Positions 49,281 through 59,807 of a DNA stretch of 64,000 nt are shown one piece after another (the stretch's first letter is position 1; each line of letters starts with the position of its first letter). Below the pieces are notes generated by a model that ran no database searches, was not told the DNA's origin, and saw only the letters and a list, made by a program, of their open reading frames with translations. Origin of the DNA: Terracidiphilus sp. (GTDB lineage: Bacteria > Acidobacteriota > Terriglobia > Terriglobales > Acidobacteriaceae); NCBI GenBank assembly GCA_035763705.1, contig DASUAU010000018.1, forward strand, positions 15 to 64,014. The letters are read 5' to 3'. The position numbers and the translations under genes are program-made.

Positions 49281-50453
49281 ATGACCGATGACACTCCACA
49301 GCGGGCCGCCGCCGGCCGTTCCCAGGCTGAGCGTTTTTCCTCCGCCTATTGTGTGCTGCAGGAGGCCATTGAGCGCCGTGCCTTTCCCGGCTGCGCCTTC
49401 GGCCTGCTCGCTCGCGGCCAGGTTCTTCTCAATGACGCTCTCGGCCACTTCACTTACGATGAAGGCTCCCGCAAGGTCACCCCGGAGACGGTCTTTGACA
49501 TCGCCAGCCTCACCAAAGTGGTGTCCACCACCGCCGCTGCCATGCTGCTCCATCAGCGCGGCCGGCTCAATCTGGACACCCGCCTCGGCGACCTGCTTCC
49601 CGGCTTTGTGGTGGGCCGTGCCTCCTCGCGCAACGCGCGGCGCATCACCCTGCGCAATCTGCTGGCGCACAACTCCGGCCTGCCCGGTTATGCTGAGCTC
49701 TTCCGCACCGACCCCTCGCCCGCCGCACTCTTTCGCGCCTGCCTTCAGTTGCCGCTTGAGGCAGAACCCGGCCAGCGCGCCGAGTACTCTGACATCGGCT
49801 TCATCCTCCTCGGCAAAGCTCTTGAGGTCCTCACCCATGAGCACCTCGCGCCCTGGGTCCGCCGCGAAGTTTTTGATCCGCTCAAACTTTCCTCCACCCG
49901 CTTTTGCCCCGCCCCGCAGGACCGCATCGCCATTCCACCCACGGAGATTGACGAAATCTTCCGCCATCGCCGCATCCAGGGCGAGGTGGAGGACGAGCAC
50001 GCCTGGCTGCTGCACGGCGCCGCCGGCCACGCCGGAGTATTTTCCAACGTGCCTGATCTGCTCCGCTTCTCCGCGGAGATAATTGCCGCCTCCGGCCACA
50101 AGAACGGCTCCGCCTCGGCCGCATCGGAGACTTCCGTCCACGGGCTCTTCAACCCGGAAACAGTTGCCCTCTTTGCCCAGCGCCAGCCGCCGGAAGGCAG
50201 TTCACGCGCCCTCGGCTGGGACACGCCCTCGGCCAACTCCTCCTCCGGCCGCCATTTCTCCGCACGCTCCATCGGCCATCTCGGCTTCAGCGGCTGCTCG
50301 CTCTGGATTGACCTCGATCAGCAACTCGCCGTCGTTCTGCTCACCAACCGCACCTGGCCTGACCGCCGCGACCAGCAGATTCGCGATGTCCGCCCCGCCT
50401 TTCATGATGCTCTGCTGGAAGCCCTCGCGCACTCCGAAACGCAGGACCGGTAA
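49281..50453 (+). CDS. Beta-lactamase-family serine hydrolase (AmiE-like)
   Basis: FDIASLTK (SxxK), YSDIGF, GHAGVFS, GHLGFSG; directly upstream of murQ. Confidence 0.88.
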   Translation: MTDDTPQRAAAGRSQAERFSSAYCVLQEAIERRAFPGCAFGLLARGQVLLNDALGHFTYDEGSRKVTPETVFDIASLTKVVSTTAAAMLLHQRGRLNLDTRLGDLLPGFVVGRASSRNARRITLRNLLAHNSGLPGYAELFRTDPSPAALFRACLQLPLEAEPGQRAEYSDIGFILLGKALEVLTHEHLAPWVRREVFDPLKLSSTRFCPAPQDRIAIPPTEIDEIFRHRRIQGEVEDEHAWLLHGAAGHAGVFSNVPDLLRFSAEIIAASGHKNGSASAASETSVHGLFNPETVALFAQRQPPEGSSRALGWDTPSANSSSGRHFSARSIGHLGFSGCSLWIDLDQQLAVVLLTNRTWPDRRDQQIRDVRPAFHDALLEALAHSETQDR

Positions 50454-50606
50454 CCGCCCGAAACGCGGCCTGGCGGGCAGCCCTAAATGAACACCCCGGC
50501 CCCAAAAGATGGACCCCAGGTTGCATCCATGGGTCCACACCGCAGGCAGATTTCTGTTTCTGCTTTCCAACTTTGCGATTACAATAGATAGTTGGGGACT
50601 CACTCG

Positions 50607-51587
50607 ATGCTAACCAGCGCGACGATACAGGAAGTCACAAGCGACCCGGAGAAAGAGACCATAAAAGACGATCCGGCCGCACTCCTACAAAGCCTTATCA
50701 CCGAGAGCCAGAACGACGCTTCTCAAGGCTTCGACACAAAATCCGCCCTCGAAATTGCCCGCATCATCAATCACGAAGACGCAAAAGTAGCCGCAGCCGT
50801 CAAAAAAGCGCTGCCGGAGATTGCGCAGGTGATTGACCAGGTGGCCCGCAGCCTCAAGGACGGCGGACGCCTGATTTACATCGGCGCGGGCTCCAGCGGC
50901 CGCATCGCCGCCCTTGACGCCTCCGAGTGCCCGCCCACTTACTCCACCGCTCCCGGCCAGATCCAATACATCATGGCCGGTGGACCCAAGGCTCTTGCCT
51001 CCGCCGTCGAGGTGAATGAGGACTCCGAGGAGCTGGGCCAGCGCGACATCGCGCGCCGCCGCCCCACGCGCAAGGATGTCGTCGTCGGGCTTTCCGCCTC
51101 CGGCCGCACTCCTTACGTGGTAGCCGCCGTGGCTTATGCCCGCGCCCGCGGCGCTCACACCGCTGCCGTCACCTGCAATCATGGAACGCCCATCGCCGCC
51201 GCGGCTGACATCACCATCGTTGCCGAGGTTGGCCCCGAGGTCATCTCCGGCTCCACGCGCATGAAGGCCGGCTCCGCCCAGAAGATGATCCTCAACATGA
51301 TCACCACCGGCGCCATGACCCGCATGGGCTATGTCTACGAGAACCTGATGGTCAACGTGCACATGCAGAACTCCAAGCTCGTCGAGCGCGGCATCCGCAT
51401 CCTCATGTGCGCCTGCCGCATTGGCCGCGAAACCGCCGTCCACACCATCAAGAGCGCCGGCCGCAGCGTGCCCGTGGCGCTGGTCATGCTCAAGGCCCGC
51501 GTGGACAAGCCGGAAGCCGTTCGCCGCCTCGCCAAGTCTGACGGCAATGTGCGCCTGGCCATTGAAGACAACGTGGCGGAGCTGTGA
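50607..51587 (+). CDS. murQ: N-acetylmuramic acid 6-phosphate etherase
   Basis: GAGSSGR, DASECPPT, SASGRTPYV, GPEVISGSTRMKAGSAQK. Confidence 0.95.
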   Translation: MLTSATIQEVTSDPEKETIKDDPAALLQSLITESQNDASQGFDTKSALEIARIINHEDAKVAAAVKKALPEIAQVIDQVARSLKDGGRLIYIGAGSSGRIAALDASECPPTYSTAPGQIQYIMAGGPKALASAVEVNEDSEELGQRDIARRRPTRKDVVVGLSASGRTPYVVAAVAYARARGAHTAAVTCNHGTPIAAAADITIVAEVGPEVISGSTRMKAGSAQKMILNMITTGAMTRMGYVYENLMVNVHMQNSKLVERGIRILMCACRIGRETAVHTIKSAGRSVPVALVMLKARVDKPEAVRRLAKSDGNVRLAIEDNVAEL

Positions 51588-51619
51588 AGGGCGGCTCTCC
51601 CGCCCCTCAGTCAGCCTGC

Positions 51620-53287
51620 TCAATAGGTCGTCAGCTTCACCCGCAGCAGCACATTCGCATCGGCCCTTAAATTCAGGCCGTAGTCCGTCTGGTCGCCATT
51701 CCAGATGCGCGCCGTCTTCCACTTCCCTGCCGCATCGTAGCTGCCTTCCTCCACCGTCAGAAAGAGTCTCTTTTTCCCCGGCGCGAATGTCGGCTTGAAG
51801 TCCACCCGCGCGTGGTGCCCGGCCACCAGAAACTCATCCGGGCCGAGCTCCAGAATCACCGCGCCGCCGTCCGGCGGAGTGTTCCCTTTCGGCTGCATCC
51901 AGTTGCCAAACGACGGCATTCCGTACTGGATCACCGCCTGCCAGCGCTCGAATGCCAGCGTCTGCACGTGATTCTTCGGATCCTCGCAGCTTCCCCGTAC
52001 CTTGCCTTCAAACTCGCTCATCGCCAGCATCCGGTCAATTGGCTCCAGCAGGGCATACTGCGCGGCAAAGGGCTTCAGCGCGCTCGCTTCCATCGCTTCC
52101 GGTCCCGAGGGGTGGTTGCTGTAGCCGGTGTAGTCCAACCCAAAGGGTGCCCAGCCCAGAGCCCCGCTGCCAATCGCGCAATAGACATACCGCGCATACG
52201 CCGGCGAGTTCCCCGTCTCCGGAATCAGCAGCGGATTGTCCCTGCGCTTGTACAGCTCCATCACTTTCATGTAGCGGTCGTAGTCCGGCATATAAATATC
52301 CGGCGCCACAAGGTTGATGCTCGGAGCCGCAATCTTCCATATGTCGATGTTGTTGTCCGTCGGCGCGCCAGACTCATACGTGCCCGGCTTGCCCGGATGC
52401 AGCGGATCGCGCAGCGCCGCATTCACATAGAGCGGCAGCGCATACTCCTTTTTGCCCGCCGCGGCCACCTGCTCGATATAGGCCGCCGTGTACCAGGCCT
52501 CGAAAGCCTCGTCCGCATCGTCGCCAAACACCTGCTGCCATGTGCCCGGCTGTTTGCTCAGGCCGTGTACCAGCCTCTCCGGAACCGGCCCGGCAAACGC
52601 CGTTCTCGCCTCCGGCCCGTAGTCGCGCACGCCTCCCCACACGCCTGACTCGTTCTCCACCTGCACCAGCAGAACCGTTCGCTCGGGGTCAGCCTGCTTC
52701 AAGTGGCGCATCAGCGCGCGAAAGGCATCCTCGTCCGCGTGCAGGTACGCCTCAGCGAAAGGCGACGGCGAATCCACCGTCTCGTCCTGCGCGTTGCGAA
52801 GAAACGGATACTTCGCCTGGTCCAGCTTGATCCACGCCGGCGTGTAGTGCGAGCTGCCGTTCTTCCACGTGCCAAACCACAGCAGCACCAGGTGCAGGTG
52901 GTGCTCTCGCGCCTGTTTCAGAATCGTATCCACCAGGCTGAAATCGAACCTGCCCTCCTCCGGCTCAAGCTGCTCCCAGTAAATCGGAAGCTCCACGGTG
53001 TTCGCGTGCAGGGCCTCGGCCGCCGGCCAAACCTTGTCCAGAGTTGCCGGCCACGCGCTGGAATTATTCGCCTGCACGCCCAGCATCAGATAAGGTTCGC
53101 CATCCACCATCAGCGCATAGCGCCCGTCTTTCTCCGCCACGGCCGGAATCGGCCTCGTTCCCGCCGTGGGCTTTGCCGCCGTGGGTGCAGCCGCCGCCGG
53201 CAAGGCTGCAAACGTTTCCATCAATCCCAGCAGCAACCCCGCTCTTGCCGTCCAGCCCAACCATCCTGACCCAATCCTCATTCCCAA
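51620..53287 (-). CDS. Exported GH35/GH42-like glycoside hydrolase with DUF5597-type C-terminus
   Basis: WEQLEPEEGRFDFS, LWFGTWKNG, VQVENE, APDIY, LIPE, WNGDQ. Confidence 0.85.
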   Translation of the reverse strand: MGMRIGSGWLGWTARAGLLLGLMETFAALPAAAAPTAAKPTAGTRPIPAVAEKDGRYALMVDGEPYLMLGVQANNSSAWPATLDKVWPAAEALHANTVELPIYWEQLEPEEGRFDFSLVDTILKQAREHHLHLVLLWFGTWKNGSSHYTPAWIKLDQAKYPFLRNAQDETVDSPSPFAEAYLHADEDAFRALMRHLKQADPERTVLLVQVENESGVWGGVRDYGPEARTAFAGPVPERLVHGLSKQPGTWQQVFGDDADEAFEAWYTAAYIEQVAAAGKKEYALPLYVNAALRDPLHPGKPGTYESGAPTDNNIDIWKIAAPSINLVAPDIYMPDYDRYMKVMELYKRRDNPLLIPETGNSPAYARYVYCAIGSGALGWAPFGLDYTGYSNHPSGPEAMEASALKPFAAQYALLEPIDRMLAMSEFEGKVRGSCEDPKNHVQTLAFERWQAVIQYGMPSFGNWMQPKGNTPPDGGAVILELGPDEFLVAGHHARVDFKPTFAPGKKRLFLTVEEGSYDAAGKWKTARIWNGDQTDYGLNLRADANVLLRVKLTTY

Positions 53288-53401
53288 TCCCCTTCACGAC
53301 CTCTCTCAGGCACGTTGCAATCCGGATGCAAGTATAGCGGCTCTAGCCGCCGGGGGCCTTGCACGCATTTACACTGGAAAACGATAACGGTTCAATTGGC
53401 C

Positions 53402-54706
53402 ATGGATAAGTTCGTCATTCGCGGAGGCAATCCCCTCCACGGCTCCATCCGCGTCTCCGGCGCAAAAAACTCCGCCCTGCCCTGCATGGCCGCGGCCATC
53501 CTCACTGACGGCGAAATCGTCCTCGAAAACATTCCCCGCGTGCGCGACATCGAAACCGAGCGCCGCCTTCTGGCCTCCATGGGCGCGCAGGCGGCCACTT
53601 CGATTGAAGACGGCACCAACAAGATTTTTCTCTGTTGCAGCACGCTGTCTGACCCCGTTGCAAAATACGAGATTGTCAAAACCATGCGTGCCAGTTCCCT
53701 CGTCCTCGGCCCCCTCATCGCGCGCACCGGTGCGGCCCGCGTCGCCATGCCCGGCGGCTGCGCCATCGGCGGACGACCCATTGACCTGCACATCAAAGGC
53801 CTTGAAAAAATGGGCGCAACCATCACCCAGGAACACGGCTACCTTGAGGCGCGCGCCGAGCGCCTGCGCGGAGCCCATCTCGTCTTTGATCGCATCACCG
53901 TCACCGGCACTGAGGATCTGCTCATGGCCGCCGTCCTTGCCGAAGGCGAAACCGTCATGGAGAACTGCGCGCGCGAGCCTGAAGTCTCTGACCTCGCCGA
54001 CCTGCTCATCGCCATGGGCGCAAAGATTCAGGGCGCCGGGACCTCCACCATCCGCGTGCAGGGCGTCGCCGGCCTCCACGGCGCAACCCATCGCATTCAC
54101 CCGGACCGCATTGAGGCCGGAACCTTCCTCATCGCCGGCGCCATCACCGCGGGCGATCTCACCGTCACCCACTGCAATCCCGATCATCTGCGCGCCGTCC
54201 TCTCCAAGCTCGAAGAAGCCGGAGCCCGCATCACCATCTCCGGCGGCAGCTCCGTGCGCGTCCAGTCCAACGGCCAACTATGCGCCGCAGACATCTCCAC
54301 CGAAGAGTATCCCGGTTTCCCCACCGACATGCAGGCGCAATATATGGCTCTCGCCACGCAGGCTGAGGGCGTCAGCCTCATTCGCGAAAACATCTTCGAG
54401 AATCGCTTCATGCACGTGCAGGAGCTGGTCCGCATGGGCGCGCAAATCAAGGTGGAGGCGCGCACCGCCACCGTGCGCGGCGCATCTCCGCTTTCCGCCG
54501 CCGCCGTCATGTGCTCTGACCTTCGCGCCTCCGCGTCCCTGGTGCTCGCCGCCCTCGTCGCCGACGGGGAAACCGTCATCGACCGCGTCTATCACATGGA
54601 TCGCGGCTATGAGCGCTTCGAGGAAAAGCTGCGCGGCGTGGGCGCGCAGATTCACCGCATGGGCAACGTCTTCGCGTCGCCTGAATCGGAAGCCGCACAG
54701 GATTAG
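53402..54706 (+). CDS. murA: UDP-N-acetylglucosamine 1-carboxyvinyltransferase
   Basis: [46 protein letters not shown]. Confidence 0.97.
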   Translation: MDKFVIRGGNPLHGSIRVSGAKNSALPCMAAAILTDGEIVLENIPRVRDIETERRLLASMGAQAATSIEDGTNKIFLCCSTLSDPVAKYEIVKTMRASSLVLGPLIARTGAARVAMPGGCAIGGRPIDLHIKGLEKMGATITQEHGYLEARAERLRGAHLVFDRITVTGTEDLLMAAVLAEGETVMENCAREPEVSDLADLLIAMGAKIQGAGTSTIRVQGVAGLHGATHRIHPDRIEAGTFLIAGAITAGDLTVTHCNPDHLRAVLSKLEEAGARITISGGSSVRVQSNGQLCAADISTEEYPGFPTDMQAQYMALATQAEGVSLIRENIFENRFMHVQELVRMGAQIKVEARTATVRGASPLSAAAVMCSDLRASASLVLAALVADGETVIDRVYHMDRGYERFEEKLRGVGAQIHRMGNVFASPESEAAQD

Positions 54707-54756
54707 TTTCAGTCAGATTCGCTTTGGCCGCGCCGGCCTGCGCAGGGTCGGCCGCG

Positions 54757-55167
54757 TCAGCGCCAGCTTGCCGCCAGGTGCCAGCGCAGTCCCCGTTCCT
54801 TCGTCTTGCGCAGCACGCGCTCATACTCCTGCAGCTCGCGCTGCACAGGAAACGTCTCCGAGCCAAGGGCGGCCGGCGTGTTCTCCATAAACTCCAGCAG
54901 CGCCGCCACCGTCCTCAAGCCCTCCTCTGCGTCAAACCATTGCGGCTGCGGCAGATTGCTCACCCACTCCGGGTCGCCCGCGCCCTGCTCCAGCAGCAGC
55001 GCCATGGAGTTCTCATCGGCCGAGAAGAACTCCAGCAGCGGGCACACTTCCAGCGACTGCGCCAGCCGTTCCAGCGCCTCTTCATTCCGCGCCAGGGCGT
55101 GCCCGTTCACGAAAATGTCGTAACCGGGGTCCTCGCCCTCAACCACAATGTAAAGGCTCGCAGCCAT
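54757..55167 (-). CDS. Acidic hypothetical protein
   Basis: Clean ORF with host-like codon usage; TAGACT 8 nt upstream of ATG. Confidence 0.7.
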   Translation of the reverse strand: MAASLYIVVEGEDPGYDIFVNGHALARNEEALERLAQSLEVCPLLEFFSADENSMALLLEQGAGDPEWVSNLPQPQWFDAEEGLRTVAALLEFMENTPAALGSETFPVQRELQEYERVLRKTKERGLRWHLAASWR

Positions 55168-55370
55168 TCCCACTGAGTCTAGCGAGGATGCGCCCGTTTT
55201 CAACAGAAAAATTAGAGAACAGTAATCCCTTCGGTCACGCGCTAACTCTGAATGGAACATGGTTACCATCGCGTTCCCACTCGTTACGCTTGCCCCAAAA
55301 GAGGTATACCGGCAGGCACGCCATTAAGGATTACACTAGCGTCAGTTTCAGTACATGCGAGGTAAGTGAG

Positions 55371-56711
55371 TTGGACTGGAGCACATTTCCGGACCTGGTG
55401 GCGATTGCTTTGCTGGTCTGCGCCTTCGCCTCGGTCGAGCGGCAGGGTCAATCGAAAGTTTCCACGCTCTGGCTCACCGGGTGGGTCCTCATCGCCCTGC
55501 ATTTTGCCTCCGACATCTACGCCGCGCTCCCCGGCCTGCGGGGTGACGTCGCCTCCTTTCTCGCCATCTCTTCCCTCACCTGCGCCGGCGTTCTCTTCTC
55601 CTTTGCCTGCGTGCCTTACCGCCATGAGCGCTCCGCGCGCTGGATGCTGGTCGCGCTCCTCATCGCGCACAATGCTTACCTGCTCACCCTTAGTTTTGCG
55701 CCGCAGTCCAGCCGCCTCCTCGATGCCTCCGCCGCACTCTATGCCGTCCTCCCGCTCGGCATCACCCTGGTAAGCATTCGGCGTTTTCGCCACAATCTGC
55801 GATGGATGATGCTCAGCCTCTACTGCGCCTTGTCGATCTTTCTGGTGGCCGTGCAGCATCGCCCCAACGGCACTGACCTCGCCGTCAACGGCGTTCTCTT
55901 CGCCGTCTATATCGGCTGCTGCCTTCACTTCTGTTACAGCTACCGCCGCGCCACCACCGGCGCATTCATCAGCATCGCCGGATTCTTTGCCTGGGCCATG
56001 GTCTTTGTCGTCGGCCCGTTCTCTCAAGCCTGGTACCCCTCCATTCAAGTGGAAAGCGAAGTCTGGAACCTGCCCAAGTATGTCGTCGCGGTGGGCATGC
56101 TCCTTCTGCTGCTGGAAGATCAAATTGAGCACAACAAATACCTCGCCCTCCACGACGAGCTGACCGGATTGCCGAATCGCCGCCTCTTCCTTGACCGGCT
56201 GCAGGTTGCGCTCGAACGCGCGCGACGCGCCGGACAAAAGGTTGCCCTGCTCGTCGTCGATCTCGACCGCTTCAAGCAGGTCAATGACACGCTCGGCCAT
56301 CACGCCGGCGATTCCCTGCTCCAGCAGGTCGGCGCAATCTTCACCGGGCGCGTCCGCCACTCTGACACCGTGGCCCGTACCGGCGGCGACGAGTTCTCGC
56401 TCATTCTTGAAGACACGTTCAGCAGCCAGAACGCGGAAAGTGTGGCGCACTCGCTCATGCAGCGTCTCGATGAGCCGCTCAAAGTTGAGAATCGCCTCTT
56501 CCGCGTCGGCGCAAGCATCGGCATCGCCGTCTTCCCTGACGACGGAAACGACCTTGAAGCCCTTTGCATCGCCGCCGACCTGCGCATGTACAAGGAAAAG
56601 CGCAGCACCCAGCCGCAGGACCGCTCCTCCCGCCCCAATGAGCAGGTGTACGCCTCCTTTGAAGGCCTCTCCAAAGTTGGCGCGCACGATTCCGGCGACT
56701 TTCCCGCATAG
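55371..56711 (+). CDS. Membrane-bound diguanylate cyclase (GGDEF)
   Basis: Multi-TM N-terminus; HDELTGLPNRR, DLDRFKQVND..GH..GD, RHSD I-site, GGDEF; start uncertain. Confidence 0.92.
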   Translation: MDWSTFPDLVAIALLVCAFASVERQGQSKVSTLWLTGWVLIALHFASDIYAALPGLRGDVASFLAISSLTCAGVLFSFACVPYRHERSARWMLVALLIAHNAYLLTLSFAPQSSRLLDASAALYAVLPLGITLVSIRRFRHNLRWMMLSLYCALSIFLVAVQHRPNGTDLAVNGVLFAVYIGCCLHFCYSYRRATTGAFISIAGFFAWAMVFVVGPFSQAWYPSIQVESEVWNLPKYVVAVGMLLLLLEDQIEHNKYLALHDELTGLPNRRLFLDRLQVALERARRAGQKVALLVVDLDRFKQVNDTLGHHAGDSLLQQVGAIFTGRVRHSDTVARTGGDEFSLILEDTFSSQNAESVAHSLMQRLDEPLKVENRLFRVGASIGIAVFPDDGNDLEALCIAADLRMYKEKRSTQPQDRSSRPNEQVYASFEGLSKVGAHDSGDFPA

Positions 56712-56785
56712 AGCAAAATCCGGGATGCCGTACCCTGGAACCGCTTTCGCACTCCCGCTCCGCGCCAATCGCACAGCAGCGCTCT

Positions 56786-56823
56786 AAAAAAGAAGGGACA
56801 GGAGCGATTGCTCCCGTCCCTTC
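56786..56823 (-). terminator. Intrinsic terminator of pnp
   Basis: AAAAAA-GAAGGGACAGGAGC-gatt-GCTCCCGTCCCTTC. Confidence 0.85.
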
Positions 56824-56854
56824 CCTGCTTCAACTGCCTTTCGGCAGGCCGGCC

Positions 56855-59302
56855 TCAGCCCTGGCCGCCGCCGCTGCCCGGTCCGCGTCCGCCGCGACGA
56901 CGCCGGCGCCGGCGATTGTTGTTGTTGACGCCGCCGCTCGGCCGTCCGCCGCCCGCGGGCTGCCCGGCAACCACCGGAACGCCGTCGGCGCGGTTGAAGT
57001 TCGGCTCGTTCTCCTCGTCGAACTCCTCGGTCTCATCTTCATCAAAGTCGTCGCCGCCTTCGATCATGATCGTGCTCTGGTTGGAGCGCGGTTGCCGCTC
57101 GTCGAACTCGTTCCGTGGCCGTGACGCTGCCGGCGGATCCTGTTCGCGTGCCGGTGCCGGGGCTTCTTCCGCCTGCGCCGTCTCCTCGCCCGTGGCCTGC
57201 GCCATCTTTGCGCGCTGCTCCTTGATGAGCGCCTTGCGGCTCAGCTTGATGCGGTTGCCTTCCATGGCAAGCACCTTCACCATCACCTGGTCGCCCTCGC
57301 GTAGCTCGTCCTTCACTTCCTTCACGCGATGCTCGGCAATCTCGGAGATGTGCAGCAGTCCGTCGGTTCCGGGGAACAGCTCCACGAATGCGCCGAACTC
57401 CGCCAGCCGCACCACCTTTCCCAGGTATACCTTGCCCACCTCGGGAACGGCGGTAATGTCGCTGATCATCGCCAGTGCGCGCTTCAGTCCGTCCGCGTCG
57501 CTCGACGCAACGCTCACCTTGCCGGTGTCGTCCACGTCAATCTTGGCGCCGGTCTGCTCAATAATGCCGCGGATGGTCGCGCCGCCCTTGCCAATCAGGT
57601 CGCGAATCTTGTCCGTCGGAATCTGCACGGTCTCAATCCGCGGTGCATACTGCGAGCGCTCCTCGCGCGGACCGCTCAGCGCCGCATCCATCTTGTCCAG
57701 CAGGAAGAGCCGGCCGCGTTTCGCCTGCTCCATCGCCTGCTCAAGAATCTCGCGCGTCAGCCCGCCAATCTTGATGTCCATCTGCAGCGCCGTAATTCCC
57801 TTGCGCGAACCGGCCACCTTGAAGTCCATGTCGCCGTAGTGGTCTTCGGCGCCGGCAATGTCGCTCAGGATGGCGTAGTCGTCGCCCTCCTTCACCAGGC
57901 CCATCGCCACGCCGGCCACCGCGCCCTTCAGCGCAATGCCCGCGTCATACAGCGCCAGGCTGGCGCCGCAGACCGAGGCCATCGACGATGATCCGTTCGA
58001 TTCCAGAATGTCGGAAACCACGCGAATCGCGTAGGGCGACTCTTCCGCGCTCGGCAGCACCGCGCTCACCGCGCGCTCCGCCAGTGCTCCGTGGCCCACT
58101 TCGCGGCGGCCCACGCCGGTCATACGTCCTGTCTCACCAACGCTGAACGGAGGAAAGTTGTAGTGAAGCATGAAGGTTTTGCGCTGCTCGCCTTCAAAGC
58201 TCTCCAGCCGCTGGCCGTCGTCCTGGGTGCCCAGCGTCGCCGTCACCAGCGCCTGGGTTTCGCCGCGCGTAAACAGCGCTGAGCCGTGCGTGCGCGGAAG
58301 CACTCCGGTCTCAATCGAAATCGAACGAATCTCGTCAAACTGCCGCCGGTCCGGTCGAATCCGGTCCTTGGTCACCTGCTCGCGGAAGGTCCGCTCGCGC
58401 AGATGCTCATAGTAGGTGCCCAGCTTCTTCTTCGCCCCAGGGTCGTCGGCCGGCAGCTCCGCCGCCAGCTCTTCCTTGATCTTCTTCACCAGCGCCGAGC
58501 TCTCGGTCTTGGCGTGCGCCTTGGTGTCCAGCGCATCCTTCAGCCGCTCGCCAACCTTCTCCTTCAACGCCGTGTAATAGGCGTCGTCGAACTCCGGCGG
58601 TGCAAACGCGCGCTTCGGCTTGCCGGCCTTCGCCACAAGCTCCTCAAGCGCCGCCACAATCTTCTTGATCTCGCCGTGCGCAAATTCAATGGCCGCCAGA
58701 ATCACCTCTTCTGACTCTTCCTTGGCGCCGGCCTCAATCATCACAATGCCGTCCTTGTGGCCCACCACCATAATGTTCACCGTGGTCGCCGCGCGCTCGG
58801 CATAGGTGGGGTTAATCACAAACTCGCCTTCCACGCGTCCCACGCGCACCGCGCCCACCGTCGCGCCGAACGGAATGTCCGACAGCGCCAGCGCCGCGGC
58901 GGCCGCGTTGATGGCCACCACGTCCGGATCGTTCTCCTTGTCGGCGGAGAAGACCAGCGAAATCACCTGCGTCTCGTTCCGGAACCCTTCCGGGAACAGC
59001 GGGCGAATCGGACGGTCAATCTGACGGCAGGTCAGAATCTCCTTCTCGCTCGGCCGGCCTTCCCGCTTGATGAATCCGCCCGGAATCCGTCCGCCGGCGT
59101 AGGTGTACTCGCGGTAGTCCACCGTCAGCGGGAAAAAGTCAATGCCCTCGCGGGGTTCGTTGGATGCCACGGCCGTGGCCAGCACCACCGTATCTCCCGT
59201 CGTCACCAGCGCCGCGCCGGAGGCCTGCTTGGCCACCCGTCCGGTCTCAAATGTCAATCGCTTGCCACCGGCAAGTTCTACCGTAACTTCATGCTTCGAC
59301 AT
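56855..59302 (-). CDS. pnp: Polyribonucleotide nucleotidyltransferase (PNPase) with long C-terminal tail
   Basis: FFPLTVDY, GRIPGGF.KREG, SNGSSSMASVC, GDMDFKVAG, KH and S1 domains. Confidence 0.98.
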   Translation of the reverse strand: MSKHEVTVELAGGKRLTFETGRVAKQASGAALVTTGDTVVLATAVASNEPREGIDFFPLTVDYREYTYAGGRIPGGFIKREGRPSEKEILTCRQIDRPIRPLFPEGFRNETQVISLVFSADKENDPDVVAINAAAAALALSDIPFGATVGAVRVGRVEGEFVINPTYAERAATTVNIMVVGHKDGIVMIEAGAKEESEEVILAAIEFAHGEIKKIVAALEELVAKAGKPKRAFAPPEFDDAYYTALKEKVGERLKDALDTKAHAKTESSALVKKIKEELAAELPADDPGAKKKLGTYYEHLRERTFREQVTKDRIRPDRRQFDEIRSISIETGVLPRTHGSALFTRGETQALVTATLGTQDDGQRLESFEGEQRKTFMLHYNFPPFSVGETGRMTGVGRREVGHGALAERAVSAVLPSAEESPYAIRVVSDILESNGSSSMASVCGASLALYDAGIALKGAVAGVAMGLVKEGDDYAILSDIAGAEDHYGDMDFKVAGSRKGITALQMDIKIGGLTREILEQAMEQAKRGRLFLLDKMDAALSGPREERSQYAPRIETVQIPTDKIRDLIGKGGATIRGIIEQTGAKIDVDDTGKVSVASSDADGLKRALAMISDITAVPEVGKVYLGKVVRLAEFGAFVELFPGTDGLLHISEIAEHRVKEVKDELREGDQVMVKVLAMEGNRIKLSRKALIKEQRAKMAQATGEETAQAEEAPAPAREQDPPAASRPRNEFDERQPRSNQSTIMIEGGDDFDEDETEEFDEENEPNFNRADGVPVVAGQPAGGGRPSGGVNNNNRRRRRRRGGRGPGSGGGQG

Positions 59303-59540
59303 GATGTCCTCGTTTCGTCATTGTTCTCTTGGAAAGTGTGCGCGGAAGGGCGCGGAAAGGTGTGTCGCTGCGCAAGCGCGCGTGTGCATCTGCGCCGGCG
59401 GTCGCTGGGCGACAGTTCTGCGCAGCCCCTGGCAGTCGATGTGAATCGCCAGGTACACCTTGGTCCCGAGTCCTGGGGGGAATGGGAGCCATGACCAGTT
59501 TCCGGTCTGGGCGCTTCCGGTTCAAAAGTCTGCTTTCTGG

Positions 59541-59807
59541 TTACTTGCGGATTCCGAGCTTCCCGATCACGTCGCGATAGCGATCCGCATCGTGGGCCTT
59601 CAGGTAATCCAGCAGGCGGCGGCGCTTGCTCACAAGCATCAGCAGACCACGCCGCGAGGCGTGATCCTTCTTGTGCGTTTTGAAATGCTCGGTCAGTTCG
59701 CCAATCCGCTCACTCAGAATCGCGATCTGAACCTCAGGGGAGCCGGTATCAGATTCATGGGTGCGGAAGCGTTCAATCAGTTCTGATTTCTTAGCGGTCG
59801 CCAGCAC
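59541..59807 (-). CDS. rpsO: 30S ribosomal protein S15
   Basis: [30 protein letters not shown]. Confidence 0.98.
   Translation of the reverse strand: MLATAKKSELIERFRTHESDTGSPEVQIAILSERIGELTEHFKTHKKDHASRRGLLMLVSKRRRLLDYLKAHDADRYRDVIGKLGIRK

Noticed and set aside
49281-50453. Class C beta-lactamase resistance gene
   Set aside because: YSD and GHLG motifs, lack of a signal peptide and linkage to murQ favour an amidase/esterase.
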